Source of the DNA: Alphaproteobacteria bacterium | GTDB taxonomy: Bacteria > Pseudomonadota > Alphaproteobacteria > Rs-D84 | Assembly (NCBI GenBank): GCA_017524525.1 | Contig: JAFXVM010000009.1 | Coordinates: 3,421 to 67,420 of the forward strand | Length of the DNA stretch: 64,000 nt | Direction of reading: 5' to 3' | Shown: positions 35,722-46,557 of the stretch, one piece after another | Position numbering within the stretch: position 1 is the stretch's first letter | Layout of the letters: every line of letters begins with the position of its first letter | Notes under the pieces: generated by a model | What the model saw: only the letters and a program-made list of their open reading frames with translations | What the model was told of the DNA's origin: nothing | The model's database searches: none | Position numbers and translations under genes: made by a program

Positions 35722-35747
35722 ATCCCCTTGTTCGGGGATTTTTTTTA
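35722..35747 (+). terminator. Rho-independent terminator after the large secreted protein gene
   Basis: atcccc-ttgttc-ggggat is followed by a T8 run. Confidence 0.75.
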
Positions 35748-35766
35748 CAGTTTTATGCGATAAAAG

Positions 35767-36840
35767 TTAATCTGCATCTTTAGATTTTTTCAATTCTTCT
35801 TTGATTTTTGACAAAGCGTTTGTTCTTTCGCGGATTACACCATAAAAATCAGATTTACACAGATTTGCTGCGTATTCTATGGCGTGCGTCCAAGAAAGCG
35901 CATCACTGTTCCCGTGCGTTTTTATCGAAAACCCATTAAGCCCTAAAAATACCGCCCCAGCGTATGAGCGTGGGTCAATTTTATTCTTTAATCTTTTGAA
36001 TAAATGTATCAAGAAAAATGTTCCAAGAATTGCCAACAGGGAACGCTTGTAATTTGCCTTTACAATGCGAGAAATCATTTTTGCGGTACCTTCGACCGTT
36101 TTTAACATAACATTGCCTGTAAAGCCATCTGTGACGACAACTTGGACGTTTCCGGCGGTCACATCATTACCTTCTACAAAGCCAATGTATTCATACGGCA
36201 ATTCTTTGGCGTGTTCGGTTAAAACCTTGTTCAAATGTTGCAAAGTTTCACTGCCTTTGGTTTCTTCTTCGCCGATATTCAAAATACCAACGCGTGGACG
36301 TTCCATTCCGCCAATGATTTCAGCGTAAACACTGCCAAGTATTGCAAAGTCAAATAATACTTCTTCATCACATTGAACATTAGCCCCCAAATCAAGACCA
36401 ACAACACGTGTATCGCCATCGCCAGAAGGCAACATTGTTGTGATTGCCGGCCGAGATATACCATCAACCGTTTTCAAAGCCAATTTCGACAACGCCATTA
36501 AAACACCAGTATTCCCAGCAGATACAACCGCAGCAGAATTTCCTTCGCGGACATCTTTGACCGCCATATACATCGAAGTATCTTGGGCACGACGAATAAC
36601 ATCGCGAACTTTGTCTGTACCAGAAATAACGCCGTTTGCATGGATAATTTCGCAATTACGGGCAACACGCGGGAATTTTTTTAACATCGAACGCAATTTC
36701 TTTTCATTACCAAAAAGGCGGAAAAACACACTTTCTTCGCCGTATTGATATAAAAACTGGTTGATTCCACCAAGAACCGCCAGCGGGGCATGATCGCCGC
36801 CCATTGCATCTATGGAAATAATTCTTTTTGTTTCTGACAT
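35767..36840 (-). CDS. plsX: Phosphate acyltransferase PlsX
   Basis: RIISIDAMGGDHAP, VSAGNTGV and TDGFTGNV motifs are present. Start chosen at the internal ATG 36840. Confidence 0.9.
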   Translation of the reverse strand: MSETKRIISIDAMGGDHAPLAVLGGINQFLYQYGEESVFFRLFGNEKKLRSMLKKFPRVARNCEIIHANGVISGTDKVRDVIRRAQDTSMYMAVKDVREGNSAAVVSAGNTGVLMALSKLALKTVDGISRPAITTMLPSGDGDTRVVGLDLGANVQCDEEVLFDFAILGSVYAEIIGGMERPRVGILNIGEEETKGSETLQHLNKVLTEHAKELPYEYIGFVEGNDVTAGNVQVVVTDGFTGNVMLKTVEGTAKMISRIVKANYKRSLLAILGTFFLIHLFKRLKNKIDPRSYAGAVFLGLNGFSIKTHGNSDALSWTHAIEYAANLCKSDFYGVIRERTNALSKIKEELKKSKDAD

Positions 36841-36906
36841 TTTAATATAAAAAAAGGGGAACATGGATAAATTATCCCTGCCCCCTTTTAATTCCTTTTC
36901 CAAGTA

Positions 36907-37056
36907 TTATTTAGATCCGCATGCAGGGCAAACATGATGTGGACGTTTCTTTTCGCCACATTTTTTGCATACTGATACTGGCATAGCTGTCAATGCATCG
37001 TGTGAACGACGTTGTGCAGAGCGAGCCTTACTTGTTTTACTTTTTGGAGTTGCCAT
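36907..37056 (-). CDS. rpmF: 50S ribosomal protein L32 (49 aa, below the ORF-track cutoff)
   Basis: My hand translation is MATPKSKTSKARSAQRRSHDALTAMPVSVCKKCGEKKRPHHVCPACGSK. It shows the L32 N-terminal AxPKxKxSxxRxxxRR pattern and CxxC...CxxC. It sits upstream of plsX, as is usual. Confidence 0.9.
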   Translation of the reverse strand: MATPKSKTSKARSAQRRSHDALTAMPVSVCKKCGEKKRPHHVCPACGSK

Positions 37057-37140
37057 TTTACAATCCTTTTATTTTACAGTCTTTTATTCTACCTGATTAT
37101 TAATCATTTGCAAGTAAAAAATTATGTTTAAAAGCCCAAC

Positions 37141-37171
37141 ACCCAGCACCATATCAACATGAATGCTGGGT
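37141..37171 (-). terminator. Possible hairpin after rpoC
   Basis: The 8-bp stem acccagca/tgctgggt has a 15-nt loop. The U-tract is weak, so this is a low-confidence terminator. Confidence 0.3.
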
Positions 37172-37184
37172 ATTTTGAAGCGTA

Positions 37185-40100
37185 TTATATATCCAACAAT
37201 TGTTGTTGTTTTCCACCTTCGCGTGCCAATTTTTCAGCTTTTTCTTCTTCTTTGGCAATTTCACGAACGCGGCGAACATATGCACCTGTTCCAATTGGAA
37301 TCAGTCGACCAACAATTAAGTTTTCATTTACACCAACCAATCTGTCCGTAGAACCACTGATTGCTGCATCTACCAACACTTTCGTTGTCTGTTGGAACGA
37401 TGCATTAGATATAAATGAACGTGATGTCAAGGACGCGCGTGTCAAACCAACCAACACTTGGGAAGCCTTTGCAATACGGCCACCATCTTTGGCTACGCGT
37501 GCGTTTTCTTCGTCGAAATCAACACGGTCAACAACTGCGCCACCCAAGAATGATGTATCACCTGGATCGCTTACTTCTACACGACGAGTCATTTCACGTA
37601 TCAATATTTCAATGTGTTTGTCGTTGATGGACACACCCTGCAGACGATAAACTTGTTGAACTTGTTCCACCATAAATTGTGCCAATGCTTTTTGACCCAA
37701 TATACGCAAGATGTCTTGTGGAACCGGATCTCCATCAACCAACTTATCTGCTTTGCGCACTGTATCGCCACTGCGGACCAACAAATTTGTTCCCTTTGGC
37801 ACAGCATATTCAGCCGGAGCTGTTCCGTCTGTTGGTTCAATGCGAATTATAATCTTTGATTTCGCATCTTCTAATTCAACAGTTCCATCTTTTTCAGCCA
37901 ATATTGCTGGGTTTGCAGGACGACGGATTTCCAACAATTCTTCAACGCGTGGAAGTCCCCCGGTAATATCGCCTGTCTTTTTGGTTTGTACAGGGATACG
38001 TGCCAAAACATCACCAGCGTGTATCTTTTCACCATTTGGAACATTCAAAGTCGAATATGTTGGCAATAAATATTCAGCCATTTTCTTGCCACCAAGAGAT
38101 ATCATATCGCCTTTGTCATCAACCAATCTAATAGATGGGCTTAACGCCTTTTTGGTATTCGTTTTCCAATTGATAACTTTACGAGATGTAATGCCTGTCA
38201 CAGCATCAACTTCTTCCTGGTAAGAGATGTTTTCAATCAAATCGTTGTACGATACAATACCATCTTTTTCTGCGATAATTGTATTGGAATATGGATCCCA
38301 TTCTGCAACTTTTTGTCCTTTTTCAACTTTGTCCCCGTCGTTGACCAACAACATAGACGCATAAGGTAATGCTGTCGAGAACAATTCTTTGCCATCTTTG
38401 CCGACAACACCAATTTTACCTGTACGAGACAAAACCACTACACGACCAACAGAATTTGTAATTGTATTTACATTTTCTAATTTGATTGTGCCTGATACTG
38501 GCATTTCAATAAAGTGCGATTCCGAACTTCCCTCTGCAACACCACCAATGTGGAAGGTACGCAATGTCAACTGAGTTCCAGGTTCACCAATTGATTGTCC
38601 AGCAACCAAACCAACCGCTTCGCCAACATGAACCAGCGCATTTCTGGACAAATCCATACCATAACATTTTGCACACAAACCATCACTTTGACATGTCAAA
38701 ACGCTGCGAATATCAACGCTTGGCAAACCAGATTCATTGATTTGACGCGCTGCTGCTTTGGTGATTAAATCGCCAGCCTTTACAATAACTTCCTTGGTTA
38801 AAGGATGTATTACATCATGAGCCGCTGTACGTCCCAAAACCACATCACCCAATGCAACAGATAATGTTGAACCTTGGTATACTGGTTTCGCAGTAATGAA
38901 TTCATGTGTTCCACAATCGTGTTCTGTGATGACTGTGTTGATAGCCAAATCAACCAAACGACGTGTCAAATATCCAGCAGTAGCAGTCTTCAAAGCCGTA
39001 TCCGACATACCTTTACGCGCACCGTGAGTGGATGTAAAGTATTCAGACATGGTAAGACCTTCTTTAAAGTTCGAAATAATTGGAACTTCGATAATAGAAC
39101 CGTCTGGTTTCTGCATCATACCACGCATACCTGCAAGCTGTTGAATCTGTCCCTTGGACCCACGAGCACCTGATAAAGCCATCATGTGAATTGAATTCCA
39201 ATTGTCGCCTTTGGTATTACCCAATGATGCGTATGCTTTGTCACCCAATTCATCAGTTGTATGCATCCAAAGGTCAATCAATTTATTATGACGTTCGCCG
39301 CCAGATAACAAACCGTTTTGATATTGTTCTTCAATTTCTGCTGCAGCTTTTTCAGATTTTTCGATAATTGCTTGTTTGTCTTCTGGAATAACAACATCGT
39401 CAAATCCAATAGAAATACCACTGCGTACAGCCTGTTCAAAACCGGTATCTTTCAAAGCATCCGCCAACAAAATCATCGCTTTGTCGCCACAGTTTTCATA
39501 AGCCGTAGCCAACAATTTTTTGATTTCTTTCTTTGGCATAACTTTGTTTACTAAATCAAATGGCATTTTGTCAGATTTTGGCAACAATTCACCCAAAATC
39601 ATACGACCTGCGGTAGTGGCATATAATTTGCCGTTCACACGCGCATAAATTGGTGTATGCAATGTGATTGTTTTGTTTTCTAATGCCAATTTAACTTCGT
39701 CCATATTTACAAAACGTGGTGATTTCTTTTCATCGTGTTCACCGTTTATCAAAGAAATATAGTAAACACCCAAAACCATGTCTTGTGATGGAACTGTCAT
39801 TGGTTCACCATTCGCAGGCGACAACACATTGTTTGTAGATAACATTAATGTGCGCGCTTCCAATTGTGCTTCCAATGAAATAGGAACATGGACAGACATC
39901 TGGTCACCGTCAAAGTCCGCGTTAAATCCAGCGCAAACCAATGGGTGTAAACGAATTGCTTTGCCTTCTATCAAAACTGGTTCGAACGCAATTAATGACA
40001 ATCTATGCAATGATGGCGCACGATTTAACAATACAGGATGCTGATAGATGACTTTTTCCAAAATTTCCCATACAATGTCTTCGCCATTTTCAACCATTCT

Positions 40101-41297
40101 GCGTGCTGTCTTCAATGTATTCGCGTAATCACCTGCCAACAATTTTGCAAAAACAAATGGTTTAAACAATTCCAAAGCCATCGTTTTTGGCAAACCAACC
40201 TGATGCATACGAAGTGTTGGTCCAGGTGTAATAACACTACGTCCTGAATAATCTACACGTTTTCCCAACATGTTCATACGGAAACGACCTTGCTTACCAC
40301 GCAAAGAATCAGACAACGATTTCAATGGACGACGGTTTTGTGAAACCATTGGACGCGCTTTGTGTCCATTATCGAACAAAGAATCAACCGCTTCTTGCAA
40401 CATACGTTTTTCGTTACGAACGATGATTTCAGGAGCGTGCATTTCGATAAATCTTTTTAAACGATTGTTACGAATAATAACACGACGATACAAATCATTT
40501 AAATCAGAAGATGCAACATGCCCAGCATCCAAATTGACAAGTGGACGCATATCTGGTGGAATCACAGGGATAATGTCAGGCAACATCCATGCCGGTTCCG
40601 TTTTAGAATCTAAAAATGATTCAACCAATTTTAACTGTTTGATAATAGATTTACGTTTTGCTTCGGATTTTACATCTGCTAATTCAGCACGAAGACGTGT
40701 TCTTTCATCACCCATATCAAGATTTGCAATTATGGAACGAACACCTTCTGCACCGATGCCAACATGAAAAGAATCTTCGCCAAATTCTTCAACTGCTTTT
40801 TGATATTCTTCTTCGCTGATAACATCATATTGTTTCAAACTGGTAAGACCTGGTTCTGTCACAATGTATGCATCATAAGAAATAACCTGTTCCAATTTCT
40901 TTTGTGGCAGATTATTCAACAATGTTGCGATTTTGCCTTCGCGTAAGAACCATGTATGCGCCACAGGTATCGCCAATTTAATGTGTCCCATACGTTCGCG
41001 ACGCACAGACGAAGAACCAACTTCTACGCCACAACGTTCACAAACAACACCACGGAATTTGATACGTTTATATTTTCCGCAAGCACATTCATAATCTTTA
41101 ACAGGACCGAAAATTTGTTGACAGAACAAACCTTCCGCTTCTGGTTTCAAAGAATGATAATTAATTGTTTCTGGCTTTTTCACTTCACCATGCGACCAAG
41201 ACAGAATTTCTTCTGGGGACGCAATAGAAATACGCAAAGCATCAAATTGTTCCTTGGTTTCTATTTGTCCAAATATCTTTTGCAACATATTTGTCAT
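37185..41297 (-). CDS. rpoC: DNA-directed RNA polymerase beta' subunit
   Basis: 1370 aa. The zinc-binding CxCGKYKRxxxxGxxCxxCGVEV and the catalytic NADFDGDQM are present. Confidence 0.98.
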   Translation of the reverse strand: MTNMLQKIFGQIETKEQFDALRISIASPEEILSWSHGEVKKPETINYHSLKPEAEGLFCQQIFGPVKDYECACGKYKRIKFRGVVCERCGVEVGSSSVRRERMGHIKLAIPVAHTWFLREGKIATLLNNLPQKKLEQVISYDAYIVTEPGLTSLKQYDVISEEEYQKAVEEFGEDSFHVGIGAEGVRSIIANLDMGDERTRLRAELADVKSEAKRKSIIKQLKLVESFLDSKTEPAWMLPDIIPVIPPDMRPLVNLDAGHVASSDLNDLYRRVIIRNNRLKRFIEMHAPEIIVRNEKRMLQEAVDSLFDNGHKARPMVSQNRRPLKSLSDSLRGKQGRFRMNMLGKRVDYSGRSVITPGPTLRMHQVGLPKTMALELFKPFVFAKLLAGDYANTLKTARRMVENGEDIVWEILEKVIYQHPVLLNRAPSLHRLSLIAFEPVLIEGKAIRLHPLVCAGFNADFDGDQMSVHVPISLEAQLEARTLMLSTNNVLSPANGEPMTVPSQDMVLGVYYISLINGEHDEKKSPRFVNMDEVKLALENKTITLHTPIYARVNGKLYATTAGRMILGELLPKSDKMPFDLVNKVMPKKEIKKLLATAYENCGDKAMILLADALKDTGFEQAVRSGISIGFDDVVIPEDKQAIIEKSEKAAAEIEEQYQNGLLSGGERHNKLIDLWMHTTDELGDKAYASLGNTKGDNWNSIHMMALSGARGSKGQIQQLAGMRGMMQKPDGSIIEVPIISNFKEGLTMSEYFTSTHGARKGMSDTALKTATAGYLTRRLVDLAINTVITEHDCGTHEFITAKPVYQGSTLSVALGDVVLGRTAAHDVIHPLTKEVIVKAGDLITKAAARQINESGLPSVDIRSVLTCQSDGLCAKCYGMDLSRNALVHVGEAVGLVAGQSIGEPGTQLTLRTFHIGGVAEGSSESHFIEMPVSGTIKLENVNTITNSVGRVVVLSRTGKIGVVGKDGKELFSTALPYASMLLVNDGDKVEKGQKVAEWDPYSNTIIAEKDGIVSYNDLIENISYQEEVDAVTGITSRKVINWKTNTKKALSPSIRLVDDKGDMISLGGKKMAEYLLPTYSTLNVPNGEKIHAGDVLARIPVQTKKTGDITGGLPRVEELLEIRRPANPAILAEKDGTVELEDAKSKIIIRIEPTDGTAPAEYAVPKGTNLLVRSGDTVRKADKLVDGDPVPQDILRILGQKALAQFMVEQVQQVYRLQGVSINDKHIEILIREMTRRVEVSDPGDTSFLGGAVVDRVDFDEENARVAKDGGRIAKASQVLVGLTRASLTSRSFISNASFQQTTKVLVDAAISGSTDRLVGVNENLIVGRLIPIGTGAYVRRVREIAKEEEKAEKLAREGGKQQQLLDI

Positions 41298-41332
41298 GTG
41301 TTTTTGCTCCTTTTAAGTCACTAAAAGTGCCT

Positions 41333-41375
41333 GTGGCCCGCAGGCAGTCTTGCGACTGCCCGATGGCCGGGCCAC
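41333..41375 (-). promoter_or_regulatory. GC-rich nested hairpin filling the rpoB-rpoC spacer
   Basis: The outer 8-bp stem is gtggcccg/cgggccac (41333-41340 and 41368-41375). The inner 7-bp stem is ggcagtc-ttgc-gactgcc (41343-41360). It overlaps the rpoB stop codon. Confidence 0.6.
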
Positions 41376-44300
41376 TAATCCATTTTCTTTGGGTTTAACG
41401 CTAAACCTAGACCACGCAATTCTCGCACTAAAACATTAAATGCTTCTGGTGTACCCATTTGAATATCGTTGTTGCCAGAAATAATTGCTTCGTACATCTT
41501 ATTTCTTCCAACGATATCGTCAGATTTAACCGTTAACATTTCACGCAAAAGGTGCGCTGCGCCGTGTGCTTCCAATGCCCAAACTTCCATTTCTCCTAAT
41601 CTTTGACCACCCATGTGCGCCTTTCCAGACAAAGGTTGTTGTGTAACCAAAGAATAGTTCCCAGTCGAACGAGCATGAATCTTTTCATCAACCAAATGAT
41701 GCAATTTCATCATGTACATTACACCAACTGTGACTGGACGGGCAAATTTTTCGCCTGTGACCCCATCGTACAATGTGAATTGACCAGATTCTGGTAATTT
41801 AGCCAATTTTAACATCGCTTTGATTTCTTCTGGGGTTGCACCATCAAATGTTGGCGTAGCCATTGGAACACCGTTACGCAATAATGCTGCTTGGGCGCGG
41901 ACATCTGTGTCTGTCATCTTTTCTAATTTTTCAGCCACTTCTTTGCCATAGATTTTGCCCATCACACTGCGTAAATCATCTGTAACTGCACGTTTTTGTT
42001 TCACTTCGTCCAAAACTTCACCGATTTGTTTACCAAGCGCACGCGCCGCCATACCAAGGTGAGTTTCAAATATCTGTCCAATATTCATACGGCTTGGCAC
42101 ACCAAGAGGATTCAATACGATATCAACAGGTGTTCCGTCTTCCATATGTGGCATGTCTTCGATAGGAACAACACGGGATACAATACCTTTGTTTCCGTGA
42201 CGACCTGCCATTTTATCACCAGGTTGTAATTTCATTTTGTGAGCGATGTACACTTTGACTTCTTTTAAAACGCCCGCACCCAAAGCAGTGCTTTCTGTTG
42301 CTTTGGCAATTTCTGCATCTGCGCGTTCGTTCAAATCTTTCAATTTCAAAATGTGTTGTTCACGCAATTCATCAATTTTTGCTTGGATTTCTTTGTTGGA
42401 AACAACCAATTTTTTCATGTCAGAAGCACGAATACCTTCGAAAACTTCAGCAGTTAATTTTTTACCAACAAACGGTTTCAAACTGCCTGAACCAGCCGAA
42501 ATTGTAGCATTTTCAGCCAACTGGAAGATTTGATCTGCAAAACCTTTTTCAACAATTGCAGTTTCTTCATCGCGTTGTTTATTAATCGTATCAATTTTCT
42601 GCAGTTCAATCATTTGTGTTCTGTCGTCTTTTTTAACACCATGACGTGTCAAAACGTTAACACCAATAACTGTCCCTTCTTCGTTTGGTCCAACTTTTAA
42701 TGAAGTGTCTTTGACATTCAAAGCCTTTTCACCAAAAATATTACGCAACAGTGCTTCTTCTGGTGTCAATAATGTTTCTGATTTAGGTGAAACACGTCCA
42801 ACCAAAATATCACCTTGTTTCACGCGAGCCCCAACATAGATAATACCAGATTCATCCAAATTCTTTAGCGCTTCTTCGCCTACGTTTGGAATATCACGAG
42901 TGAAACTTTCTGGTCCTAATTGAGTGTCGCGCAATTTGATTTCTTTTTCCACAATCTTGATTGATGTATAAACATCATCACGAGATATGCGTTCAGATAT
43001 CACAATAGCGTCTTCGTAGTTATAACCGCGCCATGGCACAAATGCCACCAAGACATTGCGTCCCAAAGCCAATTCGCCGTAATTCATAGAAGAACCGTCC
43101 GCGATAATGTCGCCTGCGGAAATTCTATCACCAACGTGGACAAGCGGTTTTTGGTGAACCAATGTTTCCCCATTAGAACGACCAAATTTTTCAAGATTAT
43201 AAATATCTACCCCGGTAACCACATTACGAGAATTCATACATTTAACCACAATACGATTTGCGTCCACAGATTCAACAATACCACTGTGTTTTGCAACTTT
43301 ACCAGTACGTGAATCACGCGCCACTTCGCGTTCGATACCTGTTCCAACAAGTGGTGCTTCGACTCGCATTAATGGAACACCCTGACGTTGCATGTTAGAT
43401 CCCATCAATGCACGGTTCGCGTCGTCATTAGCAACAAAAGGTATCAAACCTGTCGCAATAGATACAACCTGACGAGGCGCCACGTCGATTAAATCAATTT
43501 CTTCTTTTGGAACCATTGTAAATTCGCCATCTACACGTGCGGTAACCATGTCTTCTGCTAAAACACCAGAATTTGTTGTTGGTGTATTTCCTTGGGCAAT
43601 TTTGTGTCCCAATTCTTCATCGGCAGTCAAATACACCATTTCACTTGTAATTTTACTGTTCTTCACAACATAGTAAGGTGTTTCAATAAAACCATAAGGA
43701 TTCACACGCGCATATGCAGACAAGTGGGAAATCAACCCAATGTTCGCACCTTCTGGAGTGTGAATTGGGCACAATCTTCCATAATGTGTTGGATGCACGT
43801 CGCGGACATCAATACCTGCGCGTTCACGGTTTAATCCACCAGGCCCCAAAGCAGAGATAAGACGTTTGTGTTCTACTTCTGCCAATGGGTTATAAGAATC
43901 CATAAACTGAGATAATTGAGATGTCCCCAAAAATTCTGAAACCAATGACATCAAAGGTTTTGCATTAATAACATCCTGTGGTTGCATTGTTGCAATATTT
44001 GGTGAAGTCAAACTTTCACGAACCAATCTTTCAATACGCAACATACCGTTACGGAAAGTTTGTTCAAACAATTCACCAACTGCACGAACACGACGATTAG
44101 ACAAATTATCAATATCATCGATTACATCCTTGTGGTCGATGATGTTTGTCAAAGTCTTTAACACAGCCAAAAAGTCAGCCTTGGTCAAAGTGCGTTCATC
44201 TTCTGGTTTTTTGCCAGAATCTATTTTCAAACGCTTGTTCATTTTGAAACGACCCACAGCAGATAAATCATAGTATGCTGGGTCAAAACCTTGACGCAAG

Positions 44301-45517
44301 AATAATTTGATTGCTTCTGCTAATGTTGCATGTTCACCTTCGCCTGGACGAATTAAATCATATATAGCAATCAACGCTTCTTCGCGAGAAGATGTTCTGT
44401 CTGCGTTCAATGTATTGCGCATATGTGCAGAAATTGTAGTATTGTCAATCGCAATCAAAGAGATGTTTTTTACACCTAATTTTTCCAATTCGTTCAATAC
44501 TTCTTCTGTGATTTCTGTACCTTCATCGAACAAAACTTCATCGCCGTTTTTAACAGCACTGAATAAATATTCTCCGATCAAAGAATCACGTTCAATACCA
44601 AATTGTTTTGACGCGGTCATAATCTTTGCCAAACGTTTAGAATTCAAACGGTCGCCTTTGGTTGCCAAAACTTTCTTATCTTTTGGATTAATCAAATCAT
44701 AATTCAAACGATATTTTTCAAGACCTTCGAAAACGTTTGTATCGCCAACCCACAATTTACCATCAAACGATAATGAAATCTTTTTGTAGAATGCACCAAG
44801 AATTTCTTCTGGGGTCATCCCTGTAATATTCGCTTTATATGGGTCAGCAGCAAATTTCTTTTCGTCAGCAGCACAAGGCAAACAACGCAACAAAACTGTT
44901 GCAGGTATTTTGCGTCTGCGGTCTATACGAACATAAATAATTCCTTTGGATTCTTCAAAATCAATCCATGAACCATGTTCTGGGATAATACGACCAGTGT
45001 AAGTTTCTGGATTGCCAGCAACTTTTGCTTCTTTTGTTGTTCCAAATACAACACCTTGGGCACGATGCATTTGAGATACTACAACACGTTCCACACCAGC
45101 CGCGATAAAACTACCACGTTCTGTCATTAATGGAACATCGCCCATAAATATTTCTTGTTCTTTGATATCACGCAAAGATTTTTTACCATCTTCCGCGATA
45201 TCCCATAAAATCAATCTCAGCTTCAATTTCAGTTTGCTGGAATATGTCATATCACGCAGCATACATTCTTGAACATTATATACAGGTTTATCCAAAGTAT
45301 ATTCAATGAATTCCAAATCTGCGATTCCCGCATAGTCTTTGATTGGGAACATAGATTTGAAAACATTTTGCAACCCAATATTTTTTCTGTTTTCTGGGGC
45401 TACATCTGCCTGTAAAAAATCTCTGTAAGAATTATACTGAATTTCAACCAAATCAGGAAGCGGAGTTTGCAAAAAACTTTTACCAAAAGATTTTCTAAGT
45501 TTCTGGATGACTGCCAT
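41375..45517 (-). CDS. rpoB: DNA-directed RNA polymerase beta subunit
   Basis: 1380 aa. Conserved blocks QFMDSYNPLAEVEHKRLISALGPGGL, GRHGNKGIVSRV and NPLGVPSRMN are present. Confidence 0.98.
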   Translation of the reverse strand: MAVIQKLRKSFGKSFLQTPLPDLVEIQYNSYRDFLQADVAPENRKNIGLQNVFKSMFPIKDYAGIADLEFIEYTLDKPVYNVQECMLRDMTYSSKLKLKLRLILWDIAEDGKKSLRDIKEQEIFMGDVPLMTERGSFIAAGVERVVVSQMHRAQGVVFGTTKEAKVAGNPETYTGRIIPEHGSWIDFEESKGIIYVRIDRRRKIPATVLLRCLPCAADEKKFAADPYKANITGMTPEEILGAFYKKISLSFDGKLWVGDTNVFEGLEKYRLNYDLINPKDKKVLATKGDRLNSKRLAKIMTASKQFGIERDSLIGEYLFSAVKNGDEVLFDEGTEITEEVLNELEKLGVKNISLIAIDNTTISAHMRNTLNADRTSSREEALIAIYDLIRPGEGEHATLAEAIKLFLRQGFDPAYYDLSAVGRFKMNKRLKIDSGKKPEDERTLTKADFLAVLKTLTNIIDHKDVIDDIDNLSNRRVRAVGELFEQTFRNGMLRIERLVRESLTSPNIATMQPQDVINAKPLMSLVSEFLGTSQLSQFMDSYNPLAEVEHKRLISALGPGGLNRERAGIDVRDVHPTHYGRLCPIHTPEGANIGLISHLSAYARVNPYGFIETPYYVVKNSKITSEMVYLTADEELGHKIAQGNTPTTNSGVLAEDMVTARVDGEFTMVPKEEIDLIDVAPRQVVSIATGLIPFVANDDANRALMGSNMQRQGVPLMRVEAPLVGTGIEREVARDSRTGKVAKHSGIVESVDANRIVVKCMNSRNVVTGVDIYNLEKFGRSNGETLVHQKPLVHVGDRISAGDIIADGSSMNYGELALGRNVLVAFVPWRGYNYEDAIVISERISRDDVYTSIKIVEKEIKLRDTQLGPESFTRDIPNVGEEALKNLDESGIIYVGARVKQGDILVGRVSPKSETLLTPEEALLRNIFGEKALNVKDTSLKVGPNEEGTVIGVNVLTRHGVKKDDRTQMIELQKIDTINKQRDEETAIVEKGFADQIFQLAENATISAGSGSLKPFVGKKLTAEVFEGIRASDMKKLVVSNKEIQAKIDELREQHILKLKDLNERADAEIAKATESTALGAGVLKEVKVYIAHKMKLQPGDKMAGRHGNKGIVSRVVPIEDMPHMEDGTPVDIVLNPLGVPSRMNIGQIFETHLGMAARALGKQIGEVLDEVKQKRAVTDDLRSVMGKIYGKEVAEKLEKMTDTDVRAQAALLRNGVPMATPTFDGATPEEIKAMLKLAKLPESGQFTLYDGVTGEKFARPVTVGVMYMMKLHHLVDEKIHARSTGNYSLVTQQPLSGKAHMGGQRLGEMEVWALEAHGAAHLLREMLTVKSDDIVGRNKMYEAIISGNNDIQMGTPEAFNVLVRELRGLGLALNPKKMD

Positions 45518-45687
45518 TTTCTGAATCCTTTTATTCTTCTGTATTTTTTATTTTGCAAACGAAAAAAGTGTATCACCTTTTTACGCCTGTGTGCCCGCCA
45601 TAGAATTTTTCATCCTTGGCGGGCGGCGAAAACTGCATAAAATGCAATTTTTTATTTTTTGGAATCGTTGATTCCGTAAAGTAAAAA

Positions 45688-46053
45688 TTATTTCATTTCT
45701 ACTTTTGCACCAGCTGCTTCTAATGTCGCTTTCATTTTTTCAGCTTCATCTTTAGCAACGCCTTCTTTAACAGCCTTAGGTGCAGATTCAACCAAAGCTT
45801 TTGCTTCGCCTAAACCCAAACCTGTGATGTCTTTAACAGCTTTGATAACAGCCAATTTGTTTGCACCAGCATCAGCCAACACAACATCAAATTCTGTTTT
45901 TTCTTCAGCCGCAGCAGCAGCAGGACCAGCAGCAACTGCAACAGCAGCAGCAGCGCTTACGCCCCATGTTTCTTCCAATGCTTTTGATAATTCAACTGCT
46001 TCTTGAACAGTCAATTTTGACAATTCTTCAACGATTTTTTGAATATCTGCCAT
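45688..46053 (-). CDS. rplL: 50S ribosomal protein L7/L12
   Basis: The Ala-rich hinge is [19 protein letters not shown]. The C-terminal domain shows [24 protein letters not shown]. Confidence 0.95.
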   Translation of the reverse strand: MADIQKIVEELSKLTVQEAVELSKALEETWGVSAAAAVAVAAGPAAAAAEEKTEFDVVLADAGANKLAVIKAVKDITGLGLGEAKALVESAPKAVKEGVAKDEAEKMKATLEAAGAKVEMK

Positions 46054-46077
46054 TTTAATACTCCTTGTGAGTTTTTA

Positions 46078-46557
46078 TTAATTTTGTTTTTTTCCATATT
46101 CTGCAGAAACACGTGCCAAGCGTGATGCTGGTTCTATCAATATACGTGCGATAGTTCCACGAATTTCAAGCAACGATGGAAGCTTGGATAATTGCACAAT
46201 ACCGTTCACATCCAGAAGTTCTGCATCCATTTTTCCACCGACAATTGTCAGTTTTTGATGGTCTTCGGCAAATTTTGCCAAAACTTTTGTCACAGCCAAA
46301 GCATCTGTCGCAACTGCAACCGCTGTTGGATGTTTCATCAAATCAGATACAGCTTCGAAATTAGTGTCTTTCAACGCCAATTTCATCAAACGGTTTTTAA
46401 CAACTTTGAAAACAGAAACCAATGGACGTAATTCATTACGCAGGCTTTCCATTTCTTTTACTGTTAAACCATGGTTTTCAATAACGAAAACACCGTCTGC
46501 TTCTTTCAAGGACGATTGCAACGCTGAAATCAAATCTGATTTTTCTTCGCGTCTCAT
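46078..46557 (-). CDS. rplJ: 50S ribosomal protein L10
   Basis: 159 aa, positioned between rplA and rplL. It shows the L10 pattern GLTVKEMESLRNELR. Confidence 0.93.
   Translation of the reverse strand: MRREEKSDLISALQSSLKEADGVFVIENHGLTVKEMESLRNELRPLVSVFKVVKNRLMKLALKDTNFEAVSDLMKHPTAVAVATDALAVTKVLAKFAEDHQKLTIVGGKMDAELLDVNGIVQLSKLPSLLEIRGTIARILIEPASRLARVSAEYGKKQN

Noticed and set aside
37159-45517. Numerous plus-strand ORFs (60-170 aa) antisense to rpoC and rpoB
   Set aside because: They lie entirely within two unambiguous, highly conserved minus-strand genes. They have low-complexity or Ser/Thr/Phe-rich composition and no start context, so they are shadow ORFs.
45824-46058. Plus-strand ORFs with poly-Gln or poly-Ala/Ser stretches antisense to rplL
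   Set aside because: They are mirror images of the Ala-rich hinge codons (GCN repeats) of L7/L12 and are not independent genes.
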